Below are positions 9,521 through 21,684 of a stretch of 64,000 bases of DNA, in pieces. The translations under genes and the position numbers were made by a program. The stretch is from Pontiella sp. (GTDB taxonomy: Bacteria; Verrucomicrobiota; Kiritimatiellia; Kiritimatiellales; Pontiellaceae). The stretch lies in contig JBNKHE010000001.1 of assembly GCA_050290185.1 (NCBI GenBank), forward strand, positions 642,713 through 706,712, given 5' to 3'. Position 1 is the stretch's first letter. Each line of letters begins with the position of its first letter. Below the pieces are notes generated by a model that did not search any database, had not been told where the DNA came from, and was given only the letters and a program-made list of their open reading frames with translations.

Positions 9521-12055
9521 ATGTTTAAAACCAACCTGAAACCGCAACACAAGGTCGGGGAAATTAAAAAGGCGATGCGCTTCGGGGCGCTCGCCTTTTT
9601 TTTATCCTTCGCCACCGTTTCAACACAGGCCCAGTCCAATGTGGTAGCCGGAGCCGCCTACGGCACCAATGACCTGTCGGACGCAACCGCCATCACATCG
9701 GTCGCGGATGGGGTCGGCACGCTCAGCGTAGGGTATGCCGGCACGACCAACGTCGCTCTCGACCACGACATCATCGGCTTTATCGTGATCACCAATCACG
9801 CACCCGACTTTACCATCGCATCCACCCCTAATGCCGCGATTAAAAGTTCGGACGGCCCAGCCCTTGCCGTGATCAATGCAACCAACCTTACCGTTTCAGG
9901 CGGACGTTTTCTCGGCACAGCCGATACGGGCGGAGGGAAATACCCCCCGATTCCCGGCGCTGACGAAACAGCACTTGGCGGCTTGCTTCAGAACAGCACG
10001 GCAACCATCGACGGCAGCGAGTTTGCAGGCTCTGCAGGAAATGCAGCCCTGGTCGTGCAGTCATCCGATCTGACCATCAATGATGGTATCTTCCGCGGCG
10101 GAGCAGGTGCGACAGGTGGCTCGGGGCTGGTAGCCGTCAGCAATTCATTGATCACCATCAATAGCGGCAGCTTTACCGGACAGGTCGGCAGCACGGCATT
10201 CTACCTGCAAAACAGCGATGCAACGGTTTACAGCGGCAATTTTGTCGGAAACCTTTACGGACGTTCCCGGATTGCTGGAGACGGTCTGTTCAGTCAGCAG
10301 ACCACAGCGGCCACCAACTCCGTTGCGCTGTATGGAGGCTCATTCAGCACGCTGGCCTTCTATGGCGTCGACGGATCGGTACAGAATTTCCTGGCAGGCA
10401 CCAACCTGGTTGTCCAGTACGGCATCATCCAAAACAACGGCACCGTGGTTGTCGAAAACCTAAGCGACAGTGCATTGCAGGACATCACCATTCTGGACGG
10501 CATCATGGAGATGCAGAACGCTTTTACCCTCTCCTCCAACGGCGTCTTCTCCTTGCTGACTGCAGACAGCCGCGCCAACTTTGCCGCCGATCTAATGCTT
10601 GAGACGGGATCCGCCTTGTCCAATGGGTTGGGCCACGTCGATGTAGCGGGTAGTTTTACGCAGTCATCCGACAGCGATCTTTTTTTCATCATCGGTGCCG
10701 AAACCAACGGCATGCTCTCTGCCAACAACGCATCGTTCGAAACCAATGCAAACCTCCAGATTGATGCCACGCAGGCCTCATTTTATACCGGATCAACCCA
10801 GGTGGTCCTGATCGTCACGTCAGCGGGCATCACAGGCACCAACAACCTCATCGTCGATGCCTCGACCTTTGGTCGCATTATTTACAACGGGCTAACCTTG
10901 ATCGGCGGGAACAATCTGGCAGCCGGCTTCTCTGCAGCAGCCCTGAAGGATTACTGGAATGCAACCGGACAACTGGGAATGCTTGCCGAAGAGCTCGATG
11001 CAAACGGCAACGCCTCCCTGCTTAACAACATCGATGCATACAACGATCCCGATCGTTCCAGTGCAGCGATCGAACAAACCTACTTTACGACCTTCAATAA
11101 TTTCCAGACCGCACTGCAAGGCATGCGCGCATCCGTCGGGGAATCGATCTCGCGCAGCTCGGACTTCCGCGAGGCGCTAAAGCTGATGCCGCCCGGAGCC
11201 AAGGGGCCCGAGCGCAACAATCAACTACGGGGATGGGCCAAGTATTACGGACACTTTTTCACCCACGATGAGGACCAGCTCAATCCCAGCTACGACACCG
11301 TTTTGCAAGGCGGAGTTGCAGGCATCGACACCAGCATCGGCAACCTGCTCGTCGGCATCAGCGGAGGAAGCGGGCATTACCGGACTTCCTATGATGTAAA
11401 AGCCAAGGCCGACACCGTAGCCTACCACGGCTCTCTGTACGGCACCTACGGTACAGACCGCGGCTACATCGATGCCGCCATTGCCTATGGCCAAAACCAG
11501 GTTGACACCCGCACCGCAGACCCGTTCCGCCTTGAAGGCAGTTTTAACGCCGACCTGATCAGTGCCTATCTGGGTGGTGGATACGATCTGGTCGACCTCC
11601 AGGGAAAAACCATCTTCACGCCCGAGGCAATGATCCAATACACCACGTACAAGCAGGATGCCTACACTGAAGAAGGTACAGCCGCCGTACCGCGTGTGAT
11701 TGATGCGTTTGACAGTGATTCCATGCTGGGCGGCCTGGGCATGAACGTATCCATGCTAAACAAACAGGAGTTTGATACCTTCGCATACAAAGCAGACCTC
11801 CGAATGCACTGGATGCACGAATTCAACCCCGATCCCTCCAATATGAACTTCTCGCTCCAGGGCGGCACCGAGTCGTATCAGATCGCGCTCCCCTCCCTCG
11901 ACGAGGACCTCTTCCGCATCGGCATTGGCGCCACATTCTTCAATACCCTGCAGAATCAACCTAAAAACGTGTTGCTCCGTATCGACTTCGATGAACTGTT
12001 TGGCGACGGCTTCAACTCGCACAACCTTTCCGCCAAAGTGGTCTATGCTTTTTAG
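9521..12055 (+). CDS. Autotransporter (type Va) beta-barrel protein 1
   Basis: Signal peptide TQA; G/S/T/N-rich passenger; barrel with WMHEF motif ending in F; start could be 9575. Confidence 0.85.
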   Translation: MFKTNLKPQHKVGEIKKAMRFGALAFFLSFATVSTQAQSNVVAGAAYGTNDLSDATAITSVADGVGTLSVGYAGTTNVALDHDIIGFIVITNHAPDFTIASTPNAAIKSSDGPALAVINATNLTVSGGRFLGTADTGGGKYPPIPGADETALGGLLQNSTATIDGSEFAGSAGNAALVVQSSDLTINDGIFRGGAGATGGSGLVAVSNSLITINSGSFTGQVGSTAFYLQNSDATVYSGNFVGNLYGRSRIAGDGLFSQQTTAATNSVALYGGSFSTLAFYGVDGSVQNFLAGTNLVVQYGIIQNNGTVVVENLSDSALQDITILDGIMEMQNAFTLSSNGVFSLLTADSRANFAADLMLETGSALSNGLGHVDVAGSFTQSSDSDLFFIIGAETNGMLSANNASFETNANLQIDATQASFYTGSTQVVLIVTSAGITGTNNLIVDASTFGRIIYNGLTLIGGNNLAAGFSAAALKDYWNATGQLGMLAEELDANGNASLLNNIDAYNDPDRSSAAIEQTYFTTFNNFQTALQGMRASVGESISRSSDFREALKLMPPGAKGPERNNQLRGWAKYYGHFFTHDEDQLNPSYDTVLQGGVAGIDTSIGNLLVGISGGSGHYRTSYDVKAKADTVAYHGSLYGTYGTDRGYIDAAIAYGQNQVDTRTADPFRLEGSFNADLISAYLGGGYDLVDLQGKTIFTPEAMIQYTTYKQDAYTEEGTAAVPRVIDAFDSDSMLGGLGMNVSMLNKQEFDTFAYKADLRMHWMHEFNPDPSNMNFSLQGGTESYQIALPSLDEDLFRIGIGATFFNTLQNQPKNVLLRIDFDELFGDGFNSHNLSAKVVYAF
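9566..9603 (+). terminator. Terminator-like hairpin overlapping the autotransporter 1 signal-peptide codons
   Basis: AAAAAGGCGA(T)GCGC-loop-GCGCTCGCC followed by T8. Confidence 0.6.
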
Positions 12056-12218
12056 GCCGGCAGACAAGATGGGTTCCCATACCGATTCCTGAACCACTCG
12101 GACCCGCTATGTTTTCTGCATTATTCCTATTATTTTCCCGTCCAAACCACTAAGATTTCCGAAGATTGGAACGACATCTGCTATTGCAGGTGTTTATGTT
12201 TAAAGCTAAGGGGAAATC

Positions 12219-15200
12219 ATGAATAAACGAACTATCGCAGTCGGTCTATTGTGCAGCGCCAGCCTCATTGCATTCACGGCAACCCTCCAAGCCCAAGACC
12301 ACCTCATCGAAAACCAACGCTATATTGTAGGAATCGATGACTTCTCCTGGGGCAATACCTATGTCGGAAAATATACCTCCGACAATGGCTTGGTCATTAC
12401 CAACTGGGTTGATGGAACAACAACCAACAAGATTGTGCTTTCCGTTCAATCGCTTCAGATCGGATCAGCGAGCAACGCCAACAACATTGTTTACATCGGT
12501 GAAGGTGGCAGGCTGAACGTTGCAGGGAACTTTACAGTGCTGGGCTCAACCAACGGAAACGCTCTCCTGCTCGACAATCAGGGAACACTGTTCATCCAGA
12601 GTGATTTTAACGCTGCCATGGACGGCGTCTACTACGCCTCAGGGGCCAACCTGAAGGTGGGCGGCGAAGTATCAAACCTCGACAACGTCGAAGGGGGCCT
12701 TAACTTTACGCTCACAGGAGAGGATGCTACATGGGCCTTTGGTACGAATGTGCTGACGATCGGGAACTTGACCGACTCCAACAGCGTTACGCTTGCCAAT
12801 CAAGCCACGCTGGATATCGACAACATCGCCCTCGGCGCTGTGGCTACCACCAGCAACAGGTTGGTCGTAACGGATCAAGCCAAAATGACAGTACGAGATA
12901 GTATTGATATATTTGGAACGGGTAATGGAGTGGAAATCAATAGCAATGGTGTGCTTGCCGTTTACTTTGATTTTGCACCAATCGCCAATCTCGACATCAG
13001 CGATGGCGGTATTCTTGAGGCCCACAACAATCTGGACTACACGGGCGGAATAACCAATAGCGGCGGGATTATCATGACCGGCACAAGCGCCAGCTGGACA
13101 AACCATAGCGGATCATTGTTGCAAGTAGGTACCGATTCGAATGACAGCTTTCTCTACATCACCAACGGCGCAACAGTCAGGGCAGGAGCCATTGAAGTCG
13201 GAAGTGCAACGAATATCGACAACGAGGTTGTCGTGACCGCGGGCGGAAATCTTATTATCGAAAATATGGGATCCATCGTCCATGGCACCAATGCTCTCGA
13301 AATAACGGAGGGAGGAAAACTAACCCTGCTGTCCGATTATGATTATGATCTCAACAAAGATTTTTCCCTGCAATGGTACAATGGCGGCATTATCGAGGCC
13401 TATGGCGAAGCTCCCATATTTACGAGATATAAAGTCAACGACGAGTATATTGAACGTGGCGGTCTCTTCCTGAACGATGGGCAGATTCTGATTCTGAACG
13501 GCCCCTCCGCTCGTTGGTCTGGCTCACTGTACGACCTCCATATCGGCGACCTGAGCGCGAATAATATGCTGATCCTGACCAACGGAGCGCAAGGATATGC
13601 AGACAGTCTTTCCATCGGTGATTTCAAAGATATTACTGATAGTGGCGAAGGAGGAAACAACAACTCCGTCGTGATCACAGGAACCAACTCGATGCTGGAT
13701 ATCAACACGTATGTCGCGATCGGTGGAACAATCGATAACGGAAACTGGTATGAGGGCGGCATCAGGAACAGCATTACGGTTGGCGAAGGAGGACAGCTGC
13801 TGATCGGTTCCACCCTGCACAACCGGAACACAACGGGAACAAGCGGATTGAACATCAAGCCGGGCGGATTGGTCGAGGCCGCCGACTACCACCAGGCCGC
13901 TGGTGCATACCTGATGGTTTACACGGACTCGTCCGGAACCAACCCGGGTTTGCTACGTGTCGCAAACACCGCAGAATTCGATGAAGGTGCACGCGTCGGC
14001 TTTGACGCTGTAGCGGCATTGGCCATTGGTCAGACCTATACCAACATGATTGTGGAATCCGGTACGCTCATCGTCGGCGGCATTACCAATGCCGCAACCG
14101 GAGACCTGGATGCCCTTGAAAACGCTGGGGGATCGCTGGTCAACTATGATCTCTGGGAAACCAATCAGAACATCTATGCCACATTCACCCGCCGTGCAAT
14201 TGCTGATGGAGGAGGGATCACAGACGACCTGCTGAGCCGGATAAGTGATGAAGTGGACCGGCTTGCCGGCCTGGGTAACCCTGCGGCGTCCAATCAGGTT
14301 GCCACACTATCCGGCCTTTCCAGCGAGCAGATTAATGCGCAAATGTCGCAGACGTACTTATACCAACTCCCGACCTATATGCATAACCAGGCCGTGTTCG
14401 GAGCAATCGACCAGGTCAAGGCGCGCGGATCATCCATCCATGGTGAAACCACGCCAGCGGGAGCCTGGGGACCGGGTCCCCACGACGCAAACCAGGGACT
14501 GCAGGGCTGGATCAAGATCTACGGCAGCTACGGCAACCGCGATGAAGGCAAAACATTCAACGATGGCTATGGTGCGCAAACATACGGCACAATCATTGGG
14601 ATGGATCATGCCTTCAACGACTGGCTGTTCGGCGTAGCCGGCGGCTATGCGGGTTCCACACTGGACGGCGACAATGGCGATCAGAGCGATGCTTCCACCA
14701 AGTACGGCATGCTCTACGCATCCTATGGTTCCAAGGATTGGTTCGGCGATCTGGTTATCAGCTACGGATCGTCCGATATCAGCAATGACTCTGGCGGGGC
14801 CTTTGACATCAAATCCGACACGGATGCATCCCAGTCAGCGTTCTATATCGGCGGCGGCAAGGAATTCAAGGATCCCGAAGGGTCTGCTGCCCTGCTCCGC
14901 CCGTTGGTCGCTCTCCAGATCAGCCAGTACGATCAGGCTGGTTACACGGAAAAATCATCCAATGCCGTTGCCAAGGATGTGGCAGGCTTCGATCGCTGGA
15001 GCTACCAGTCCATCCTGGGTGCTGAATTGATTGTTCCGGCGGAGGATAGTGAAATGAATCTGGAAGCGGAGTTCCGTGCCTATTGGCTCCACGAGTTCAA
15101 CGATGACGAAGTAAACGTGGACTATTCGCTTATTGGAAGCAGCCAGACCGGCCGATTCACCATGCGATCACCTGAAAGCGATTCAGGTCAGCTAGGTGTA

Positions 15201-15314
15201 GGTGTCGTAGCTAAAACTCAAGATGCGATTCAGTTGCGTGTAGACCTCGACTGCATGGTCAGTCCCGAATACGTGTCCACAACATTGAGCGGATCAATCC
15301 TCTACGAGTTCTAG
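12219..15314 (+). CDS. Autotransporter beta-barrel protein 2 with beta-helical repeat passenger
   Basis: Signal peptide LQA; repeats resembling G-x4-N-x-L-x-I-x2-GG; WLHEF; ends LYEF. Confidence 0.88.
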   Translation: MNKRTIAVGLLCSASLIAFTATLQAQDHLIENQRYIVGIDDFSWGNTYVGKYTSDNGLVITNWVDGTTTNKIVLSVQSLQIGSASNANNIVYIGEGGRLNVAGNFTVLGSTNGNALLLDNQGTLFIQSDFNAAMDGVYYASGANLKVGGEVSNLDNVEGGLNFTLTGEDATWAFGTNVLTIGNLTDSNSVTLANQATLDIDNIALGAVATTSNRLVVTDQAKMTVRDSIDIFGTGNGVEINSNGVLAVYFDFAPIANLDISDGGILEAHNNLDYTGGITNSGGIIMTGTSASWTNHSGSLLQVGTDSNDSFLYITNGATVRAGAIEVGSATNIDNEVVVTAGGNLIIENMGSIVHGTNALEITEGGKLTLLSDYDYDLNKDFSLQWYNGGIIEAYGEAPIFTRYKVNDEYIERGGLFLNDGQILILNGPSARWSGSLYDLHIGDLSANNMLILTNGAQGYADSLSIGDFKDITDSGEGGNNNSVVITGTNSMLDINTYVAIGGTIDNGNWYEGGIRNSITVGEGGQLLIGSTLHNRNTTGTSGLNIKPGGLVEAADYHQAAGAYLMVYTDSSGTNPGLLRVANTAEFDEGARVGFDAVAALAIGQTYTNMIVESGTLIVGGITNAATGDLDALENAGGSLVNYDLWETNQNIYATFTRRAIADGGGITDDLLSRISDEVDRLAGLGNPAASNQVATLSGLSSEQINAQMSQTYLYQLPTYMHNQAVFGAIDQVKARGSSIHGETTPAGAWGPGPHDANQGLQGWIKIYGSYGNRDEGKTFNDGYGAQTYGTIIGMDHAFNDWLFGVAGGYAGSTLDGDNGDQSDASTKYGMLYASYGSKDWFGDLVISYGSSDISNDSGGAFDIKSDTDASQSAFYIGGGKEFKDPEGSAALLRPLVALQISQYDQAGYTEKSSNAVAKDVAGFDRWSYQSILGAELIVPAEDSEMNLEAEFRAYWLHEFNDDEVNVDYSLIGSSQTGRFTMRSPESDSGQLGVGVVAKTQDAIQLRVDLDCMVSPEYVSTTLSGSILYEF

Positions 15315-15322
15315 AAAACAAC

Positions 15323-15380
15323 TCCCCCTGCAAAAGAAAAAACCCGTCGTATCAGACGGGTTTTTTCTTTTGCAGGGGGA
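15323..15380. terminator. Bidirectional terminator, perfect 26-bp inverted repeat
   Basis: TCCCCCTGCAAAAGAAAAAACCCGTC-GTATCA-GACGGGTTTTTTCTTTTGCAGGGGGA between convergent genes. Confidence 0.9.
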
Positions 15381-15384
15381 TGGC

Positions 15385-16998
<1,614 letters not shown>

Positions 16999-17235
16999 TT
17001 ATTCCCATAATTGTTGGAGTGCCGGAGTTCACCGGAAACATGGGACGGGATGCTATCGCCTTCCCCCAACCCGTCCCAAGCCTAAAATCCAACTATTGAA
17101 AAAAATCGCGATTAACAGGCTTATCCCCCTTTAAAACTCCGTGAACATGGTTGTTTTTTAAAGATTCGATCTATAGATTGAGCAGGAATTTTTTGGACCG
17201 CCAAGCCCCGAAACCGTAATTGGGAGAAAACCACA

Positions 17236-20200
17236 ATGAAACACACCGGAAAACTTTTTACCGCCGTACTCTGGATCTGCACAATCCTGACAGGATTGTC
17301 CGCCTCGGCCTTTGACGGGGTCACCAACACCATTCCCAACGGAGCGTCGTACAGCGGCCTGAAAATCGGGCAAAACCTCCCCAACACCTATATTGACATC
17401 GAGTCCAACAGCACCGTCACTGTCACCAACTATGTCCAACTGGGAGAAAACAGCGATTCTACGAATAACACATTGCGGGTAAAGGACGGCGCAACCGTAC
17501 GGATTGGCACGCTGACCACAACACCGACCAATAACGGCATTTTCATCGGCAAGGCAGATAACGCACTAATTATAAGAAACGCCTCGACGGTAGAGAGCAG
17601 CGCCCTGGCCATGGGAGCATCGGAAAACGAAGAATCCCAAATAAACGTAAAAGGAGAAAACTCCCGGCTCAAGATCACCCACGATGCCTTCATTGGAACA
17701 GGGGCGGACAACAATCAGGTGAATATAGGAAACGGCGCAACTTTCGAAGTCCTCGGGCTACTCACCGTTGGCGCGACTAACACGCAAAATAACGCCATCG
17801 CTGTCGACGGAGAAAGTACGCTGAAAGTCAGCTCCCTAACCAACATCAACATTGCCGGCGACAACCAGATTATCATCAACGGAACCTTGCAAGCCGACGG
17901 AACTGTTACCACCAGCTTGGTTGGCGACAAGAATATCACCATGAATTCTGGATCCAAGATTCTGGTTGACAACACTTTGCTCGGAAATATTGATGGCGGC
18001 TATTCCGTTGTTTTAAACGAATCCGCAGCATGGACCCCACTCCAGGACGAAGATGCACAGATTGGATTCAGCTCATCGGGCAACTCGCTTTCGTTTAATA
18101 ACAGCACCGACTTCACCATGACCGACCATGCCTTGATAGTCGGGGCTGAATTCAATCAAAACACGCTCAACATACTGGATGATGCAAAACTGACGGCCAC
18201 CGAAATCAACGTCGGAAAAAACGGCAGCTCAAACATCTTGAATATTGAGAACAACGCCGAACTCAGCATGACCAATGGCACGCTCATTGCCGGCAAAAAT
18301 AATCTGGCAAACTCAAACCAAATCAACCTGAAGGACGAAGGCATTCTTACAGTCGCCAACCTGACCGTTGGATCTGCTGGAAAAAACAACCGTTACATAC
18401 AATCAGGCGGCACAGCCACCGTCTTGGGCGATTTGACACTCGGAGAAAAAAGTTCTTCCGAGGGCAACAGAATCAGCGTGTCCGGAAGCGATGCAATACT
18501 GGCCATAAACAAGCAGCTTTTTGTTGGCTCGAGCACCAGTTCCAACAACACGGTTACGATCTTTAATGGCGGCACGCTTTTCGCCAGCGCCCAAACCAAC
18601 ATCGTCATGGGAACGGCCAAAAACAACACCTTGACCGTTGCCAATGGCGGCATCCTGAAAACCTACGACTGGGATTTCGACCAGATGACCGAAAGCGCAA
18701 CCAATATCGCGTTTGCATCTGGATCAACCCTGCACCTGCTGGGCGTGTTGTCCGGCACAAACATGGTCGAAGGCGGGATGAATTTCGTTCTGGACGGATC
18801 GATCAACGGTACCAATGCCACCTGGAATACCGGAACCAATGCACTGTACGTTGGCTCGACCTCTGCCAACAACAGCCTAACCCTTACCAATGGCGCATCG
18901 GCCTCAACCTTAAAGGACTTGTACATTGGTACACTGAAAAACGAATATAAGCCCAACTCCCTCAACGTGATGGGAGGAAGCTTCCTGAAAGTCGGGGGTG
19001 ATGCCTATGTAGGACACGCCAACACCCTGAAAATCGACTCGACATCGCGCGTGTATGTCAACGGGAACTATGAACAGGGCGATTATGCCATACTGGAAAT
19101 CGGCATCAGCAGCAATCAGGTGCAACCCAACCTGCTCGTGGAAAAGAATGCCGAGTTCAGCGGCATGCTGAACACCAACTACCCGATCTTCAAGATCTTC
19201 AACGAAGGAGTTGGAGCATCAAACATCATAACCATCGTCAAGGCCGGGAGCATTACCGTTGACGGGCAAACCGCTACATCCAGAGACATCAAGGCGAACA
19301 TTGACACCAACCTGCTCTTTGGATTCAACGTCACGGTATCCAACGACCTCGATTACTCCTACATCGTACTGGACGACTTTATCATCCACAGCTGGAAGGA
19401 ATATCTTAGTGGGCAATCACTCGACGTCATTACTGAAATAGACTCCCTCTCCAACTCAACCGCCATTGCCATGGTGAATATCCTCACTGGCATGGACCCC
19501 AAAACCGCATCCAAAACGGCGGACAGCTACTACGGCGAAAAAATGAGTTCCACACCGGCCCACAACACCATCAATCTGGGCCTCCAGTCCGTGGCCGAAC
19601 AGCTGACCAAGCGGGTGGACAACACACGCGCCCGCATGAGTGCGGCGCATGCCGGAATGAACGCTCCCACAGGCGCAGCCGGCCCGCATAAGAAGGGACA
19701 GGAACTGCAGGGCTGGATGACCGGGTTCAAGTCCCGATCCGGAAAATCGGCCGACAGTGGATTCGACGGGTATGATGGAGATATGGGCGGCTTCCTCATT
19801 GGTATCGACTTTTCCGTGGCAGATGGAATCCTGGTTGGTGTGGCAGGCGGGCGCGGCACGTCTTCAATCGACAAGGACAATGGCGCTTCAAGTGATACCA
19901 GCACATCATTTGGCTCACTCTATGCCTCGGCCGGAGCCTCGGACTGGTTTGCCGATGCCAGCTTCATCTATGGCGGCAGCTCGGTTGATACGAAACTGGG
20001 CTCAACCTTCAATACCACGGCGAACTATGATGCCCGAAACATTGCGCTCTATTTTGGCGGAGGCAAGGAAATCATCGGGAAGTACCTGATCTTCACCCCT
20101 CAGGCTTCGCTGCTGGGCAACCTGTACTCGCAGGATGCTTATCAAGAAACCAGCACTGAAGCCCTTCCGCGCAAAGTCGACAGCTTCGACACGTTCTACC

Positions 20201-20511
20201 TGCAAAGCGCCGTCGGATGCAACGTCGGGTTCTATTCAACGGTCGGCGAACTGACCGTTAAACCCGAATTCCGCGCATTCTGGCTGCACGAGTTCAACGC
20301 GAAGGAAGAAGATCTCGCCTACTCGCTTGTGGGAGTAACCGGATCCTACAACATGCAGCTGCAGTCCCCGGAATCCGACATCCTCAAGCTCGGAGGAGGC
20401 GTATCGGCCAAGCTGGGCGAATATCTCGAACTCCGCGCCGATCTCGACGCCCGGCTGGCCAGCGGATATTCCGACTGCACCTTGCTCGGATCGATCCGCT
20501 ACCAGTTCTAG
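17236..20511 (+). CDS. Autotransporter beta-barrel protein 3
   Basis: Signal peptide ASA; Asn/Gly-rich beta-helix repeats; WLHEF; ends RYQF. Confidence 0.88.
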   Translation: MKHTGKLFTAVLWICTILTGLSASAFDGVTNTIPNGASYSGLKIGQNLPNTYIDIESNSTVTVTNYVQLGENSDSTNNTLRVKDGATVRIGTLTTTPTNNGIFIGKADNALIIRNASTVESSALAMGASENEESQINVKGENSRLKITHDAFIGTGADNNQVNIGNGATFEVLGLLTVGATNTQNNAIAVDGESTLKVSSLTNINIAGDNQIIINGTLQADGTVTTSLVGDKNITMNSGSKILVDNTLLGNIDGGYSVVLNESAAWTPLQDEDAQIGFSSSGNSLSFNNSTDFTMTDHALIVGAEFNQNTLNILDDAKLTATEINVGKNGSSNILNIENNAELSMTNGTLIAGKNNLANSNQINLKDEGILTVANLTVGSAGKNNRYIQSGGTATVLGDLTLGEKSSSEGNRISVSGSDAILAINKQLFVGSSTSSNNTVTIFNGGTLFASAQTNIVMGTAKNNTLTVANGGILKTYDWDFDQMTESATNIAFASGSTLHLLGVLSGTNMVEGGMNFVLDGSINGTNATWNTGTNALYVGSTSANNSLTLTNGASASTLKDLYIGTLKNEYKPNSLNVMGGSFLKVGGDAYVGHANTLKIDSTSRVYVNGNYEQGDYAILEIGISSNQVQPNLLVEKNAEFSGMLNTNYPIFKIFNEGVGASNIITIVKAGSITVDGQTATSRDIKANIDTNLLFGFNVTVSNDLDYSYIVLDDFIIHSWKEYLSGQSLDVITEIDSLSNSTAIAMVNILTGMDPKTASKTADSYYGEKMSSTPAHNTINLGLQSVAEQLTKRVDNTRARMSAAHAGMNAPTGAAGPHKKGQELQGWMTGFKSRSGKSADSGFDGYDGDMGGFLIGIDFSVADGILVGVAGGRGTSSIDKDNGASSDTSTSFGSLYASAGASDWFADASFIYGGSSVDTKLGSTFNTTANYDARNIALYFGGGKEIIGKYLIFTPQASLLGNLYSQDAYQETSTEALPRKVDSFDTFYLQSAVGCNVGFYSTVGELTVKPEFRAFWLHEFNAKEEDLAYSLVGVTGSYNMQLQSPESDILKLGGGVSAKLGEYLELRADLDARLASGYSDCTLLGSIRYQF

Positions 20512-20528
20512 CCCATCTCCTATTGGAA

Positions 20529-20564
20529 ATGAAAAAGGGATCGCTGAGGCGATCCCTTTTTCAT
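20529..20564. terminator. Bidirectional terminator
   Basis: 16-bp perfect IR ATGAAAAAGGGATCGC-TGAG-GCGATCCCTTTTTCAT. Confidence 0.85.
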
Positions 20565-20590
20565 GCCAACCAACGGGGCGTATCTCACGA

Positions 20591-21079
20591 CTACCCATTA
20601 TGGTTGCGCATCGCGCGCTGAGTGTCGCGATCGGATTCGCGCTTCTTGATGGTCTCGCGCTTGTCTACCACGTTTTTTCCGCGTGCCAGACCAATCTTGA
20701 CCTTTACCTTGCCGCGAACGAGATAGATTTTCAACGGAACAAGGGTCAGCCCCTTCTCACGGATCTTTCCATACAACCGTTCGATCTCCTTGTGGTGCAT
20801 GAGCAGTTTCCGCTCGCGGGTCTGATTATGGTTGAAGATATTCCCCTGCTCATAAGGCTGAATCGTGCATCCTACCAGCCAGGACTCCAGGCGATCGTCG
20901 ATGTGCACATAACCTTCCTGGATGCTGACATGCCCCAGCTTGACCGACTTTACCTCGGTACCGGTCAGGATGATTCCGGCCTCCAACTGCTCCAGAATCT
21001 GGTAGTCGCGCTGGGCCTTGCGGTTGGTGGCCAGCACCCCCGATCCGGGATCATTCTTCTTTTTGTTTTTTCCTGCCAT
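20591..21079 (-). CDS. smpB: SsrA-binding protein
   Basis: NRKA, EAGIILTGTEVKS, RERKLLMH, GLTLVPL, DKRETIK. Confidence 0.97.
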   Translation of the reverse strand: MAGKNKKKNDPGSGVLATNRKAQRDYQILEQLEAGIILTGTEVKSVKLGHVSIQEGYVHIDDRLESWLVGCTIQPYEQGNIFNHNQTRERKLLMHHKEIERLYGKIREKGLTLVPLKIYLVRGKVKVKIGLARGKNVVDKRETIKKRESDRDTQRAMRNHNG

Positions 21080-21215
21080 AACGTAATCTATTCAGCGGTT
21101 TCTCCCCCGGTCGCATTGCTCCCATTGGAACACCGGGGGATGCAAGGAAACATACCTCCGGGACCTCTGTATTCTCAAGCGTAGCGGGGGTTAAATAAGT
21201 CCATCCCGGAAAACA

Positions 21216-21249
21216 CAAAACCCAAACCCCCGAAGGGCTTTGGGTTTTG
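21216..21249 (-). terminator. Terminator after rpoZ
   Basis: CAAAACCCAAA..CCC-CGAA-GGG..TTTGGGTTTTG hairpin. Confidence 0.7.
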
Positions 21250-21271
21250 CTAAAACAGATTATCCCTTGTA

Positions 21272-21526
21272 CTACAGAAGAATCGTTGTATCGAAATCCA
21301 GCCCAGGCGCTTCCGCTTCTTCCTGCGAAAATGCCATCTCAGCCGTCAGCAGGCCTTCGGCAATTTCCTTCAGCACGATATCGTGGTTATCCTGCTCCGG
21401 ATGATCCGGTTTAACCATGGGACGCGCACCGGCATTGAGCTGGCGGGTACGATAGGAAATCAGATTCACCAGCATCGGGATGTTGGGCATCTTCTCTTCC
21501 GCAATGTTCAGATAGTTCAAGTTCAT
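21272..21526 (-). CDS. rpoZ: RNA polymerase omega subunit
   Basis: LVNLISYRTRQLNAGARPMV...IVLKEIAEG; GGAG SD before MNLNYL. Confidence 0.85.
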   Translation of the reverse strand: MNLNYLNIAEEKMPNIPMLVNLISYRTRQLNAGARPMVKPDHPEQDNHDIVLKEIAEGLLTAEMAFSQEEAEAPGLDFDTTILL

Positions 21527-21615
21527 AGTGTTGCTCCGTAAATGATCAACCGGCGTTTTGGCCCGCAAACAAAATATTCACAAGTCCCTAGTATTTAGAT
21601 AAAAAAGCGGCGCGT

Positions 21616-21643
21616 AGTATAGCACTCCGACCTTTACCGTCAA
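21616..21643 (-). promoter_or_regulatory. sigma70 promoter of rpoZ
   Basis: TTGACG-N16-TATACT with an extended -10 TG. Confidence 0.6.
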
Positions 21644-21656
21644 ACGCCATTTACGA

Positions 21657-21684
21657 CAAAATCCGCCCCCGGAAAGGGGCGGAT
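21657..21684 (-). terminator. Terminator of the dnaK-groES-groEL operon
   Basis: ATCCGCCCC/GGGGCGGAT stem with TTTT on the minus strand. Confidence 0.75.

Noticed and set aside
20591..21270. tmRNA next to smpB
   Set aside because: No tRNA-like ssrA ends or tag reading frame found
21620..21640. CIRCE element (TAGCACTC), also AAGCACTC near 26787
   Set aside because: Only half-sites; the first coincides with the rpoZ extended -10 and lies downstream of groEL
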